Of a stretch of DNA of 64,000 nt, positions 12,701 to 26,280 are shown piece by piece (within the stretch, counting starts at the first letter, position 1; every line of letters begins with the position of its first letter). The position numbers were made by a program, and so were the translations under genes. The notes under the pieces were generated by a model. It was given only the letters and a program-made list of their open reading frames with translations, had not been told where the DNA came from and did no database searches. Where the stretch lies: assembly GCF_044704955.1 (NCBI RefSeq), contig NC_091995.1:40238001-40302000 (forward strand). The letters are read 5' to 3'. This DNA is from Pristiophorus japonicus. Its lineage: Eukaryota.

Positions 12701-15040
12701 CATATGAGGAGAGACTGGATCAACTGGGCTTTTATACATTGGAGTTTAGAAGGATGAGAGGGGATCTCATAGAAACATACAAGATTCTGACGGGACGGGA
12801 CAGGTTTGATGCGGGTAGATTGTTCCCGATGTTGGGGAAGTCCAGAACCAGGGGACACAGTCTTAGGATAATGGGTAGGTCATTTAGGACTGAGATGAGG
12901 AGAAACTTCTTCACTGAGAGAGTTGTTAACCTGTGGAATTCCCTGCTGCAGAGAGTTGTTGATGCCAGTTCATTGGATATATTCAAGAGGGAGTTAGATA
13001 TGGCCCTTACGGCTAAAGGGATCAAGGGGTATGGAAAGAAAGCAGGAAAGGGGTACTGAGGGAATGACCAGCCATGATCTTATCGAATGGTGGTGCAGGC
13101 TCGAAGGGCCGAAAGACCGACTCCTGCACCTATTTTCTATGTTTCTCCCCTTTATACAAAGGTTCAATGTTAGCAGTCCTCCAGTCCTCTGGCACCACAC
13201 CTGTAGCCAGAGAGGATTGGCAAATAATGGTCAGAGCCTCTGTTATTTCCTCTTTTGTTTTTCTTAACAACCTGGGATACATTTTATCCGGGCCTGGGGA
13301 TTCATCCACTTTAAAAGCTGCTATACCTCTTAATACATTCTCTCTCAATGTTTATTTCATCTAATATTTCACGCTTCTCCTCCCTGATTGCAATGTCTGC
13401 ATCGCCCCTCTCCTTTGTGAAAACAGACACAAAGTATTCATTAAAAACCATACCCAAATCTACCGCCTCCACACACAGATTAAAGTCTCAAATAGGCCCT
13501 ACTTTTTCTTGAGTTATCCTCTTGCTCATAATGTAGTTATAAAACATCTTTTGGTTTTCCTTGATTTTACTTACCAAACATTTTTCATGCTCTCTCTTTG
13601 TTTTCCTAATTTCCTTTTTAATTTCACCCCTACATTTTCTATATGCTAGGGTTTTTGCAATGCTTAGCCCTTGCTTTCTGTCATAAGCCTTCCTTTTTTC
13701 TTTATCCTACCCTGTATGCCCATTGACATCCAGGGAATTTCAGATTTGTTCGTCCTACTCTTTTTCTTTAAGGGAACATACTTGATCTGAACCCTTCGGA
13801 TCTCCTCCTTGAATGCCTCCCATTGCTCTGTCACTGATTTACCTGCCAGTAGCTGTTTCCAGCCCACCTTGGCTAAATCACCTCTCAGCTTAGCAAAATT
13901 GAGAACCTTTATTCTTGGTCTATCCGTTTCCATAACTACCCTAAATCTAACTAAATTATCACGAGCATCAAAATGCTCGCACTGAAAACGCTTCCAGCTG
14001 CCCAGCTTAATTCTCTAAAACTAAATCCAGAACTTTGCCCTCCCTTGTTGGGCTTGCTACATATTGGCTAAAAAATGTTCTCTTGAATGCATTTTAGGAA
14101 TTCTGCACCCTCTATACCTTCAATATTACTTCTGTCCCAGCTAATATTAGGGCAGTTCAAATCCCCTACTTTACTACGCTATAGTTTTTGCATTTCTCAG
14201 ATATTTGCCTACATATTTGCTCTTCTATCTCCCTCTGACTGTTTGGGGATCAATAGTACACTCCCAGCAGTGTGATCGCCTCTTTTTGTTCTTCAGTTCA
14301 ACCCACATGCCTCATTTGATGGTCCTTTTAACAGTTCATCCCTCCTCACAGCTGTAATTGATTCTTTAATAAGTACTTTTTTATCCCCTCTCTATCCCGT
14401 CTGAAAACCCTGCAATCGGGAATGTTGAGTTGCCATACCTGCCCTTCTTTCAGCCATGTCTCAGTAATAGCTATAATATCATACTCAAAAGTGTCTATTT
14501 GAGCTCTCAGCTCATCTGCCTTACTCCCTAGTTGTCCATTGTATCTTTGATTCCTCTGCCTTCCAAGTTTATTTTCTAATTTTCTGCTTTCAAATTCCAG
14601 CTTTGCTTCTCTCCCTTCTGAACCTACTCTCAGGTTCCCATCTCCATGCCAAGCTAGTTTAAACCCTCCGCAGCAACACTAGCAACCCCGCCCCCCCACC
14701 CCTGCGAGGATACTGGCCCCGGCTCTGTTGAGGTGCAACCCGTCTGGCTTGTATCCTCTTATGTCTGTACTCACTAGCACATGGCACCGGGAGCAATCCA
14801 GAGATTACTATCTTTGAGGTCCTGCTTTTTAATCTCTCTCCTAGCTCCCTAAAGTCTGCATGTAGGACCTCATCCCTCTTTTGATCTATGTCATTGGTCT
14901 CGATATGGACCACGCTCTCTGACTGTTCACCATCTCCCCCCAGAATGCCCTGCAGCTGCTTGGTGACATCCTTGACCCTGGCACCAGGGAGGCAACATAC
15001 CATCCTGGAGTCACTTCTGTGGCCCCAGAAATGCCTGTCT
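9753..15040 (-). mobile_element. Decayed CR1 LINE (ORF1 esterase to RT to tail), split by the + strand insertion at ~11143-13143
   Basis: Minus ORFs 14659-15003 (CLPGARVKDV, esterase), 13130-13348, 10685-10981, 9916-10398 are collinear pieces of one element. Confidence 0.85.
11143..13143 (+). mobile_element. Younger CR1 LINE nested in the element above, with a displaced copy of a 3' RT segment at its 5' end (~11143-11330)
   Basis: ORFs 11437-11721, 11792-12064, 12424-13059 (RT); ttttctatgtt tail. Confidence 0.9.
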
Positions 15041-15749
15041 GTTCCTTGCTTTTTTACTCTATTCCAATATTAATAAAGTCAAGGATTACATCTGTTCGTT
15101 TAACGCCATTCTCAACTTGTTCTGCCACCTTCAAAGATGTGTGTACATACAACCCCAGGTCTCTATGTTCCAACAGCCCCTTTAAAATAAATATTATGAA
15201 AAGCTGAAGCCCCACTAGTTGCATCCTGCCAAATTGAGACTCTGTCTCCTACCTCTTAACCAATTCCCTATCCAACCCCTGTGCTAACGTGGGATTGTGT
15301 CTCTTGGAGGATGAGGACAGTTTTGTCCCTGAGCAGGGCAGGAATAGGAAGCACAATTTCACCAGCTTTTATTCAGAAATGTGCAGTGTGCAGAATGTGT
15401 GTTTAACAAAGTCTTAACAGGGGAACACAATTTACTCTCAAATTGGGACTCCTGCAGGCAACAGCAAAGAGACTTTCATCCTATTGGACTTGGACTGGCT
15501 ATCAACTGAGCAACATATGATGAATAAACAATTGTAACAGTCATTATTTCTGCATAGATTTGTATTTCATAACTGCAGGTTATGGCCATTTTCTGCATAA
15601 GATTCTACAGGGAGGCATCTGGAAAACTACAAAACAACACAATAAAAAATGTAAGTGGAAACAGTACATATAACAGTCAAAAATATGTGAAACTTTTTTA
15701 TGGTATAGTGCTACCATATGTAGTGGTCTTGTTTGTCAGGACCCACATA

Positions 15750-18700
15750 ATGTAGTAATCTCAGGATTGCTAGCAGTGCCATGTGCTAGTCAGAGTAGGG
15801 ATCACAGGATAGCTCAGATGAATACATGGCTTGAGGAGTGGTGCAGCAGGGAGGGATTCAAATTCCTAGGACATTGGAACCGGTTCTGGGGGAGGTGGGA
15901 CCAGTACATACCGGACGGTCTGCACCTGGGCAGGACTGGAACCAAAGGGGGGAGTGTTTGCTAATGCTGTTGGGGAGGAGTTAAACTAATATGGCAGAGA
16001 GATGGGAACGAATGCAGGGAGACAGAGGGAAGTAGAATGGGGGCAGAAGCAAAAGATAGAAAGAAGAAAATGGAGGGCAGAGAAACCCAAGGCAAAAAGA
16101 AAAAAGGGCCACATTACAGCAAAATTTTAAAGGGGCAAAGTGTGTTGGAAAGACAAGCCTGAAGGCTCTGTGCCTCAATGCGAGGAGTATTCGGAATAAG
16201 GTGGACGAATTAACTGCGCAGATAGCAGTTAACGGATATGATGTAATTGGCATCACGGAGACATGGCTCCAGGGTGACCAAGACTGGGAACTCAACATCC
16301 AGGGGTATTCAATATTTAGGAAGGATAGACAGAAAGAAAAAGGAGGCAGGGTGGCATTGCTGGTTAAAGAGGAAATTAATGCAATAGTAACGAAGACCAT
16401 TAGCTTGGATGATGTGGAATCGGTATGGGTGGAGCTATGAATTTCCAAAGGGCAGAAAACGCTAGTGGGAGTTATGTACAGACCACCAAACAGTAATAGT
16501 AAGGTTGGGGACAGCATCAAACAGGAAATTAGGGATGTGTGCAATAAAGGTACAGCAGTTATCATGGGTGACTTTAATCTACATATTGATTGGGCTAACC
16601 AAACTGGTAGCAATGCGGTGGAGGAGGATTTCCTGGAGTGTATTAGGGATGGTTTTCTCGACCAATATGTCGAGGAGCCAACTAGAGGGCTGGCCATCCT
16701 AGACTGGGTGATGTGCAATGAGAAGAGAATAATTAGCAATCTTGTTGTGCAAGGCCCTTTGGGGAAGAGTGACCATAATATGGTAGAATTCTTTATTAAG
16801 ATGGAGAGTGACACAGTTAATTCAGAGACTAGGGTCCTGAACTTAAGGAAAGAAAACTTCGATGGTATGAGATGTGAATTGGCTAGAATAGACTGGTGAG
16901 TGGTACTTAAAGGGTTGATGGTGGATAGGCAATGGCAAACATTTAAAGATCACATGGATGAACTTCAACAATTGTACATCCCTGTCTGGAGTAAAAATAA
17001 AACAGGGAAGGTGGTTCAACCGTGGCTAACAAGGGAAATTAAGGATAGTGTGAAATCCAAGGAAGAGGCATATAAATTGGCCAGAAAAAGCAGCAAACCT
17101 AAGGACTGGGAGAATTTTATAATACAGCAGAGGAGGACAAAAGGTTTAATTAGGAGGGGAAAAATAGAGTATGAGAGGAAGCTTACTGGGAACATAAAAA
17201 CTGACTGCAAAAGCTTCTATAGATATGTGAAGAGAAAAAGATTAGTGAAGATTAATGTAGGTCCCTTGCAGTCAGATTCAGATGAATTTATAATGGGGAA
17301 CAAAGAAATGGCGGACCAGTTAAATAAATACTTTGGTTCTGTCTTCACGAAGGAAGACACAAATAACCTTCCGGAAATACTAAGGGACCGAAGGTCTAGT
17401 GAGAAGGAGGAACTGAAGGAAATCCTTATTAGCCAGGAAATAGTGTTAGGGAAATTGATGGGATTGAAGTCCGATAAATCGCCGGAGCCTGATAGTCTGC
17501 ATCCCAGAGTATTTAAGGAAGAAGCCCTAGAAATAGTGGATGCACTGGTGATCATTTTCCAACAGTCGATCGACTCTGGATCGGTTCCTATGGACTGGAG
17601 GGTAGCTAATGTAACACCACTTTTTAAGAAGGGAGGGAGAGAGAAGGTGGGTAATTATAGACCGGTTAGCCTGACACCAGTAATGGGGAAAATGTTGGAA
17701 TCAATTATTAAAGATGAAATAGAAGCACATGTGGAAAGCAGTGACGGGATCGGTTCAAGTCAGCATGGATTTATGAAAGGGAAATCCTGCTTGACAAATC
17801 TTCTGGAATTTTTTGAGGATGTAACTGGTAGAGTGGACAAGGGAGAACCAGTGGATGTGGTGTATTTGGATTTCAAAAGGCTTTTGACAAGGTCCCGCAC
17901 AAGAGATTGGTGTGCAAAATTAAAGCGCATCGTAATTGGGGTAATATACTGACGTAGATAGAGAACTCGTTGGCAGACAGGAAGCAGAGAGTCGAGATAA
18001 ATGGGTCCTTTTCAGAACGGCAGGCAGTGACTAGTGGAGTGCTGCAGGGCTCAGTGCTGGGACCCCAGCTCTTTACAATATACATTAATGATTTGGATGA
18101 GGGAATTGAGTGTAATATCTCCAAGTTTGCAGGTGACACTAAGCTGGGTGGCAGTGTGAGCTGTGAGGAGGATGTTAAAAGGCTGCAAGGTGACTTGGAC
18201 AGGTTAGGTGAGTGGGCAAATGAGTGGCAGATGCAATATAATGTGGATAAATGTGAGGTTATCCACTTTGGTGGCAAAAAGACGAAGGCAGAATATTATC
18301 TGAATGGCGGCAGATTAGGAAAAAGGGAGGTGCAACGAGACCTGGGTGTCATTGTACATCAGGCAAATGGTATGTTGGCCTTCATAGCTAGGGGATTTGA
18401 GTATAAGAGTAGGGAGGTCTTACTGCAGTTGTACAGGGCATTGGCGAGGCCTCACCTGGAATATTGTGTTCAGTTTTGGTCTCCTAATCTGAGGAAGGAC
18501 ATTCTTGCTATTGAGGGAGTGCAGCGAAGGTTCACCAGACTGATTCCCGGGATGGCAGGACTGACATATGATGAGAGACTGGATCGACTGGGCCTGTATT
18601 CACTGGAGTTTAGAAGGATGAGAGGGGATCTCAGAAACATATAAAATTCTGACGGGACTGGACAGGTTAGATGCAGGAAGAATGTTCCCGATGTTGGAGA

Positions 18701-19020
18701 AGTCCAGAAGCATGGGTCATAGTCTAAGGATAAGGGGTAAGCCATTTATGACTGAGATGAGGAGAAACTTCTTCACTCAGAAAGTTGTTAACCTGTGGAA
18801 TTCCCTACCGCAAAGAGTTGTTGATGCCAGTTCATTGGATATATTCAAGAGGGAGTTAGATATGGCCCTTATGGCTAAAGGGATCAAGGGGTATGGAGAG
18901 AAAGCAGGAAAGGGGTAGTGAGGTGAATGATCAGCCATGATCTTATTGAATGGTGGTGCAGGCTCGAAGGGCCAAATGGCCTACTCCTGCACCTATTTTC
19001 TATGTCTCTATGTTTCTATA
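15750..19020 (+). mobile_element. Long CR1 LINE copy: end of ORF1, endonuclease, RT, 3' UTR; interrupted by stops and frameshifts
   Basis: YDVIGITETW, GDFN, SDHN (APE endonuclease); 350-aa and 224-aa RT pieces (QGSVLGP, KFAGDTKL); ttctatgtctctatgtttcta tail. Confidence 0.95.
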
Positions 19021-19021
19021 A

Positions 19022-19680
19022 TGTCATTGTCTACAGGGCTGTAGTAATACCCGCCCTTCTGTATGGCTCAGACATGGACCATGTACAGTAGACACCTCAA
19101 GTCGCTGGAGAAATACCACCAACGAAGCCTCCACAAGATCCTACAAATCCCCTGGGAGGATAGACGCGCCAACATTAGTACCCTCAACCAGGCCAAGATC
19201 CCAGCATTGAAGCACTGACCATACTTGGTCAGCTTCGCTGGGCAGGCCACATCATTCGCATGCCAGACACGAGATTCCCAAAGCAAGTGCTCTATTCGGA
19301 ACTCCTTCATGGCAAATGAGCCAAAGCGGGGCAGCGGAAACATTACAGGGACACCCTCAAAGCCTCCCTGAAAGAGAGCGACATCCCCACTGACACCTGG
19401 GAGTCCCTGGCCAAAGACTGCCCTAAGTGGAGGAAGTGCATCTGGGAGGGCGCCGAGCACCTCGAGTCTCATCGCCGAGTGCATGCAGAAGTCAAGCACA
19501 GGCAGCGGAAAGAGCGTGCGGCAAACCAGTTCCACCCACTCTTTCCCTCAACGACTATCTGTCCCACCTGTGACAGGGACTGTGATTCTCGTATTGGACT
19601 GTTCAGCTACCTAAGGACTCATTTTTAAGAGTGGAAGCAAGTCTTCTCGATTCCGAGGGACTGCCTATGATGATGATGAA
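19022..19680 (+). mobile_element. RTE-clade LINE 3' fragment
   Basis: LYGSxTW...LRWAGH...MPDTRxPK-type RTE C-terminus; (GAT)n tail; same family as 58660-60838. Confidence 0.85.
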
Positions 19681-19844
19681 TGTCACTGATTAACCAGTGG
19701 CTGTTGGGTGTTGTACCTAGAAATCTTTACCCAACAGGAACGTGGACTTGTTTTCATTCCCTTATCCAAATAAACTAATTTCTAAAATTAAATTTACATG
19801 CTGATTCTTATAAGATTAGAATTTGGATAAAACCAGTTCCATTT

Positions 19845-20560
19845 GAATCCAGGAACAACTTTTTCACACAAAGTATTGTGAAAATGTGGAACACTGCCCA
19901 GAAATTCACAGACACGGAATAAAATGAGATGCTTAGAACAAAAAAGATAGTTACTTCATCGATATCCTTTTTGTAATATTGAAACCAGAAGTGTACGCAG
20001 TACTCTGCATGTGGTCTAACCAAGGTCATGTACAAGTTTAACATAAGTTCCCTGTATTAGATTCTATTCTCTAGAATTTAACCCCAGTGCTTTGTTTTCA
20101 TTTTATGCCCTTATAAGCTTACATTGATACTTTTAATGATATGTGAATGTTTACAGCTCTATCGCTTAGTCCTTTATCCATTTTTTCCCAAGGAATATGT
20201 GGTCTCCTTATTTCTCCTACCAAAATGAACCATCTCCCAATTATCTATATAGAAATTCAGTTGCCATTTACACACCTATTCTGCAAGTTTATTAACATCT
20301 TCTTGCATTATGTCGCAGTCTTGCTCAGTAATAAATCTACCCCTCAATTTGCTGTAATCTGCAAATTTAGAAATAGTACAAATCGTTTAGCTAAATGGTG
20401 AACAGCGGTGGTCCCAGCACCATTACCCAGTGTAACATCACTTCTCACCTTCCGCCAGTCTGATTAACTAACTTTAACTGCTCTTCACTGTGTGTTGTTT
20501 TGTCGCCAGCTTGTTAGCCATTCTGCTACTTGCCCCTTGACTCCTTCACCTCTGAACTTT
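19845..20560 (-). mobile_element. Old CR1 LINE fragment
   Basis: ORF 19808-20044 begins LNLYMTLVRPHAEYCVHFW. Confidence 0.75.
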
Positions 20561-20985
20561 CATTCACCTTTTGTCACGTTCCTTTCTCTCAGTTCCTTTC
20601 TCTCGCTTTCTATTCCTTCTCTCTCTGTCTCTCTCTCTCTCTTTACCCTTCTGTCTCTGTCTTTGTCTTTTCTGTTTCCTTTTGTGACTGTCCCTTTTCT
20701 GTGTGTGTGTGTCTATCCCTAATCTTTTCCCTTTCTCTCTCTGCTTCCTCTCTCCTCTCTCCTTCTCTGTTCCTATCGCTCTCTCTTTGTCAATGTCTCG
20801 CTTTTCGTCCTGTCGCTTTCAATCCCTGCTCTCCCTCACTCTCTCTCTCTCTCTCTCTTTCTTTCCTTCTCCCTGTCTTTTTCTTTCCCACTGTCTCGGT
20901 TTTTGCTCTCTCTCTCTCTCTCTCTGCCTCCCTTGCTGTTTCTCATACTCTTTGTGCCCAAGTCCCTTTCTCTCTCTGCTGTCTC
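20560..20985. repeat. (CT)n-rich low-complexity tract
   Basis: Direct reading. Confidence 0.9.
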
Positions 20986-21369
20986 AATGGGCCCAAGTTT
21001 CGAGCCGCGCCTAGAACGGCGCAATCCTGACCTGGACTCCCGTTTTTCACGCCACAAAGTGCGCCTAAAAAAACCCTCCGTATTCTCCACCTCCCTGCAG
21101 GTCCTCTGGCCCTCGGCGCAGCGAGCAGGAGCTGAAGTGGGCGGAGCCAGGTCCCTGCGCTGAAAACAGTGCCGGGACCTCTGCACATGCGCGCTACAGT
21201 GGGCACGCAAGTGCAGTAGCTCCAGGCGCCCAAAACTGTGTGGGAGGGGCCCGAAGCACGCAGCCCCTAGCCCTGGTCGAATGGCCTCACTGGGGCTGCG
21301 TGAATAAGGCTCCTCCCATGGCCAGCTCCTGCTTCCTCCTGACCCGACTCGACTCCCGCTTCCTGCTTC

Positions 21370-22010
21370 CCGCCCCCTGCCCCCGGACTGGACCCGACAC
21401 CCGCTCGCCCCCACCTCCCGCCCTCGGACCGGACCCGACACCCGCTCCCCCCACCCCCCGCCTCCGGACCGGACACAACACCCGCTTCCCCCCCCCCCCC
21501 GCCTGCCCCCGGACCGGACCCGACACCCGCTCCCCCCCCTGCCCCCGGACCGGACCCGACACCCGCTCCCCCCACCCCCCGCCTCCGGACCGGACACAAC
21601 ACCCGCTCCCCCCACCCCCCGCCTCCGGACCGGACACAACACCCGCTCCCCCCCCCCCCCCCGCCTGCCCCCGGACCGGACCCGACACCCGCTCCCCCCA
21701 CCCCCCGCCTCCGGACCGGACACAACACCCGCTCCCCCCACCCCCCGCCTCCGGACCGGACACAACACCCGCTCCCCGCCCCCCCCACCCGCCCCCGGAC
21801 CGGACCCGACACCCGCTCCCCCCCCCGCCCCCGGACCGGACCCGACACCCGCTCCCCCCCCTTCCCCCGGACCGGACCCGACACCCGCTCCCCGCCCCCC
21901 CCACCCGCCCCCGGACCGGACCCGACACCCGCTCCCCCCCCTTCCTCCGGACCGGACCCGACACCCGCTCCCCACCCCGCCTCCGGACTGGATCCGACCT
22001 GACCTCCCTC
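21370..22010. repeat. GC-rich minisatellite, ~28-35-bp unit ccggaccggac(c/a)c(g/a)acacccgctcccccc
   Basis: About 20 tandem units; explains the long Pro- and Gly-rich pseudo-ORFs. Confidence 0.92.
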
Positions 22011-22159
22011 CCCCCGACCTGTCCTCCCTCTCCCTCCCTCCCTCCCTCCGACCCGAACCGACCTTCCTCCCACCACCCCCCCGACCCGACCCAACGCCAC
22101 CTACCTGTAAATCTGGTGCTGGGGACGGGCTCTGCCCGAAGTCTCAGGCCCGGCCCGTT

Positions 22160-22610
22160 CAGCCTCCCTCCCCCTTCTCCTTCCCCCCCCCCAATCTCCT
22201 TCTCCCCCCCCCAATCTCCTTCTCCCCCCCAATCTCCTTTCCCCCCCCGCAATCTCCTTCTCCCCCCCGAATCTCCTTCTCCCCCCCATCTCCTTTCCCT
22301 CCCCATCTCCTTTCCCCTCCCCATCTTCTTCCCCCCCATCTCCTTTCCCCTCCTCATCTCCTTCCCCCCCATCTCCTTTCCCCTCCCCATCTCCTTTCTC
22401 CCCCTTCTCCCCTTTATCCCCTTCTCCCCCCTTCTCCCTCTCCCCCTCCCCCCTTCTCCCCCATCCCTCCCCTTCTCCCCCATCCCTCCCCCTTCTCCCC
22501 CATCCCTCCCCCTTCTTCCCATCTCTCCCCATCTCTCCCCATTCTCCCCCATCCCTCCCCCTACTCCCCCTTCCCTCCCCCTTCCCTCCCTCTGCTCCCC
22601 GCCTCCCCTC
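22160..22610. repeat. Polypyrimidine (C/T) tract
   Basis: Direct reading. Confidence 0.9.
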
Positions 22611-23299
22611 GCTGTCAGAAACACAGACACTGACAGACAGAGAATGAGAGACACACAGACAGACAGAGAGATAGAGACACTGACAGAGACACACTGAGGG
22701 GGGCATCCCAGCACGCTGTTGGAGGGCTCCCGGTGCTGCAGTCGGTAAGTAGAAAATGTTTTATTTATTGATTTTTTAAAAAAATTATTTCTTATTAATT
22801 TTTTTTGATTGATTTATTGGTTGATTTATTGATGTATTTATCATTTATTATTGATGATGGCTCTTTATTTGTAAAACTGAAGTGTTTAATGTTTGTAAAC
22901 TTCCCTTTAAACACCCCGCCCCCCCACCATTCCCTACGCCTGATTTGTAACCTACGCCTGATTTTCTAAAGTGTAGACAAGGTTTTTTCGAGCGTACAAA
23001 AATCTTCACTTACTCCAGTCTAAGTTAGTTTGGAGTAAGTTTTCACTCACGAAACTTTGAAATCAGGCGTAAGTGGCCAGACATGCCCCCTTTTGAAAAA
23101 AAAATTATGTTCCAAAGTGAAACTGTTCTAACTGACTAGAACTGGAGCAAACTAAATGACGAGAATTCCGATTTCTAAGATACTCCGTTCTACACCAGTT
23201 GCTCCTAAAAATCAGGAGCAAATTATATGGAAACTTGGGGCCTATGATTTAGTATTCATTAAAAAGTAGCCCGGAATATTTCAGACTCACAGAAGAAGC

Positions 23300-23905
23300 T
23301 GGGGTGGGGGAGAGTGGAGGGAAAGGGACAAAGCAGAGGGTAGGAAGAGGGAGAGAGTAGAGGGAGAGAACGGAGGGGAGGAGAAGAGATAGAGTGGATA
23401 GAGGATGTAAGGGAGATGGAGGGGAGGGCAGAGAGTTTAGAGAAGAGGATGCAGGGGTGGAAGAGAGTGGAGAGGGGGATGTGAAATTGGAGAGGGGGAG
23501 GTGGAGAGTGGAGTGGGGGCAGGGCAGATGTGTGGAAGGGGAGGGAGAGGGAGGAGAGGGGAGAGTGGGAAAGTGGGAAAGTGGAGGTGAGGGTGAGATT
23601 GGAGGGGAGGGGGAGGAGAGAGTGCAGGGGAGGGGATAGAAAGAGGAGAGGATAGAGGAAGAGAGTTGAGATCGAGGGAGACAGTGGGGGAGGGAGAGAG
23701 TAGAGGGGAGGGGAGCATGGTAAGGGAACAGAGTTGAGGACACGGGACAAGGGTGTGCAGGGGAGATGTAGAGAGTGCAGGTGAGGGAGAGTGCGGATGG
23801 AGGGAGGAGTGGATGGAGTGGGGACGGGAAGGGAGACAGTAGAGGGGAGGGAGTGGAAGGTGAGAGAGTTGAAGGGGAAGAAAAGACTGGAGGGGAGGGA
23901 GGGGA
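23300..23905. repeat. Polypurine (G/A) low-complexity tract
   Basis: Direct reading. Confidence 0.9.
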
Positions 23906-23909
23906 AACA

Positions 23910-24115
23910 GAACATAAGAAAATAAGAACTAGGAGCAGGAGTGGGCCATTTGGCCCCTGGAGCCTGCTCTGTCATTTAATATGGCTGATCTGATCATGGA
24001 GTCAACTCCACTTCCCTGCCCGCTCCACATAACCCTTTATTCCCTTATCGCTCAAAAAACTGTCTATCTCTGCCTTAAATATATTCAATGACCCAGCCTC
24101 CACAGCTCTCTGGGG
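23910..24115 (-). mobile_element. CR1 LINE 3' end
   Basis: acataagaaataag tail and conserved 3' UTR; RAVEAGSLNIFKAEIDSFL. Confidence 0.85.
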
Positions 24116-24229
24116 AAGGGAAGGGGAAAGAGGGGTGCTGGAGGATGTGGAGTGTAGGTGAGGAAGAGAATGGAGTGGAGAGAAAGGGAGGGGGACAGGG
24201 GGAGAATGGATGGGAGGAAAAATTCCTTC

Positions 24230-25930
24230 GGGTGAGAACCTCCACTTTTTTTGCATGCTTAACGCCCACCGCTGAAATGACGTATAACGCCCATATATCG
24301 CCCATTTTGGCACAAAATGGAAACTGACGGGCTTTTTTTAGGAGACATCGGCGAGCGTTATTTTCCCAATAGGCTTAACGGCGGGAAAAAATATAACCGC
24401 CCGCCCACTTTTTTTGGGCGGAATCAGCAGAATGGGCAAAATCAACACCCATATCGCCCAGCATTACTTTCCGCACGGAATTAACGCCGAGATTCAATAT
24501 GAACGCCCGCCCACTGTTTTTTGTCGTAAAGAGCATATTTACCCAAACTAGCGGCCATGGAGATCGCCCATCGTCAATTTCACCACCTCGCACACACATC
24601 GCCCACAATATCGCTCGCTCAACAAAACGCCCACAAAAAGTGGAACTAACCGGAATGAACACCAGTGGTGTGGCTGGCATTTTTTAAATCCCGCTCTTAA
24701 GTGAGGAGCTGACATCGGAAAGATTTGCCTGAAAGAGCGCTGATGTGAGCGACAACACTGACACACTGCTGTGTGAGTGCAGCTCAGACATCAATGGTGC
24801 CCATCATCTTGGTGCCAGTTAAAGTTTACATTGATTGATGTTAAGTTGTATTTAACCCTTTCATAGTAAGGAATCACCAGTGTGTAACCGTCCAGCTATC
24901 TGAGACAATGCGCAACAAGGTTAAGTTCAATATCAAAAGTTTAATACCAATATTGGTCTGAAATCATAAATATCACAGCCAATAACACCCAACCCCCACC
25001 CACATCCCACTTTTTTCACCATTGACATCAATCACATGTTCAACATGTCCACCAACACAGAATGCAAAGGCAATGCAGGAGCGTGGTCCCCAGCCCCCAT
25101 ACATTGCAACAAATTGCATACACCTAGATGGAAATATAACACAGCCATCACCTGTGCACATGCACCTCACTTTCCTTCCCCCCTCTCCTTCTGCCCACCT
25201 CTACCCCTTCCCCTCCTCACTTCATGATCAAGGAGCTCCTCAGGTGGTGCCTCATTGTGGAAGGATGAAGGCAGATGCGGTGGGTGCACGGGTACGGGAG
25301 TGGGGTTGCCGAGAGGGCGACATTCTCTGATGCAGAAGCAGTATTTTGGTCCTTGCTCTCATCTGTCATTCGCAGTGGTGGTGCGGAACCTTGGGGTGGA
25401 GTGCCGTGCTCAGGGACCACTGGGAGCCCTCTGCCACCACTGTTCCTGGCTACCAGCTCCAGGGCCTCCTCCATCCCTTCCATGTTATACCTTATTTGTT
25501 GGACAGAAACTCTGTGCCAACTATGTTCTTGGTGCTTAGTAGGCTTTTTGCTGCTGCCAAATCTCCGTTGTTCCTCCCACAACAGCTAAACAAGCACACA
25601 CCACAGCCACATATGCTTTCAGTGCCTCTGAGCTCCCTCTCTCTTTATCTCCTCTTCTGCGCATATCATGATGACCCTTGACCTCCTGAATCGCGGGAAT
25701 CAAGCGATGCCGTGCCATTGCTAGGGACAGCCACACTTTACGGCGGAAGGTCAAAAACATTTAATGCTACCGCCCATTTGATATCGCTCGCGGCAAGGCC
25801 CATTTTCAAAAATGTATACTAGGTGTTTTGAGAATGGGCGAAAAGCCGGCGATCAGAAAAACCCTTTTTACCACTCACACTAGAAATAACGGCCATTTTT
25901 GGACGATAAACACAAAAGTGGAGGTTCACA
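24230..25930. mobile_element. Deleted TIR DNA transposon (PIF/Harbinger-like)
   Basis: gaacctccactttt at 24236 and aaaagtggaggttc ending at 25927 are inverted repeats; CpG-rich arms with repeated cgccca motifs. Superfamily is inferred. Confidence 0.65.
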
Positions 25931-26280
25931 GGGGGAAATGACCCGGTTTTTGTAAAATGTTTCACGACTCCAATAAATATTAAGGTGCATCAGTCTCCAC
26001 ACTGGTATCCAGAATTGGAATCCACAAAAACATTAAAACAGCAGAGAATATAATTTCACTGAAGCTTATATCAAGGTGGTTTGATTAGACCCTATTTATC
26101 TCTGCACTCATGCTGCAGGACCTGCTGAGTATCTCTAGAATGTTCTGTTTCTGCTCATATTTCCAGTTTCTGCATTATTTTGCCATGGAACATATTCGAG
26201 ATTTACTGAGTCCTGTAACTGTTACACACTCTCTCAGACCAGGGCCTGGCTGTATCTCGGGTTTACTGAGTCCTGTAACT

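Larger units (their letters stand above)
20989..23242. mobile_element. Non-autonomous TIR DNA transposon (PIF/Harbinger-like) carrying an internal GC-rich minisatellite
   Basis: Termini gggcccaagtttc ... gaaacttggggcc are inverted repeats; CpG-rich subterminal arms; no transposase ORF. Superfamily is inferred. Confidence 0.7.

Noticed and set aside
15430-15480. Possible alternative leader MKVSLLLPAGVPI on the minus strand
   Set aside because: Stop codon precedes any donor; weak hydrophobic core
20836-22714. Long Pro-rich and Gly-rich ORFs (379-485 aa)
   Set aside because: Stop-free by composition in a GC-rich minisatellite and polypyrimidine tract; open in several frames on both strands
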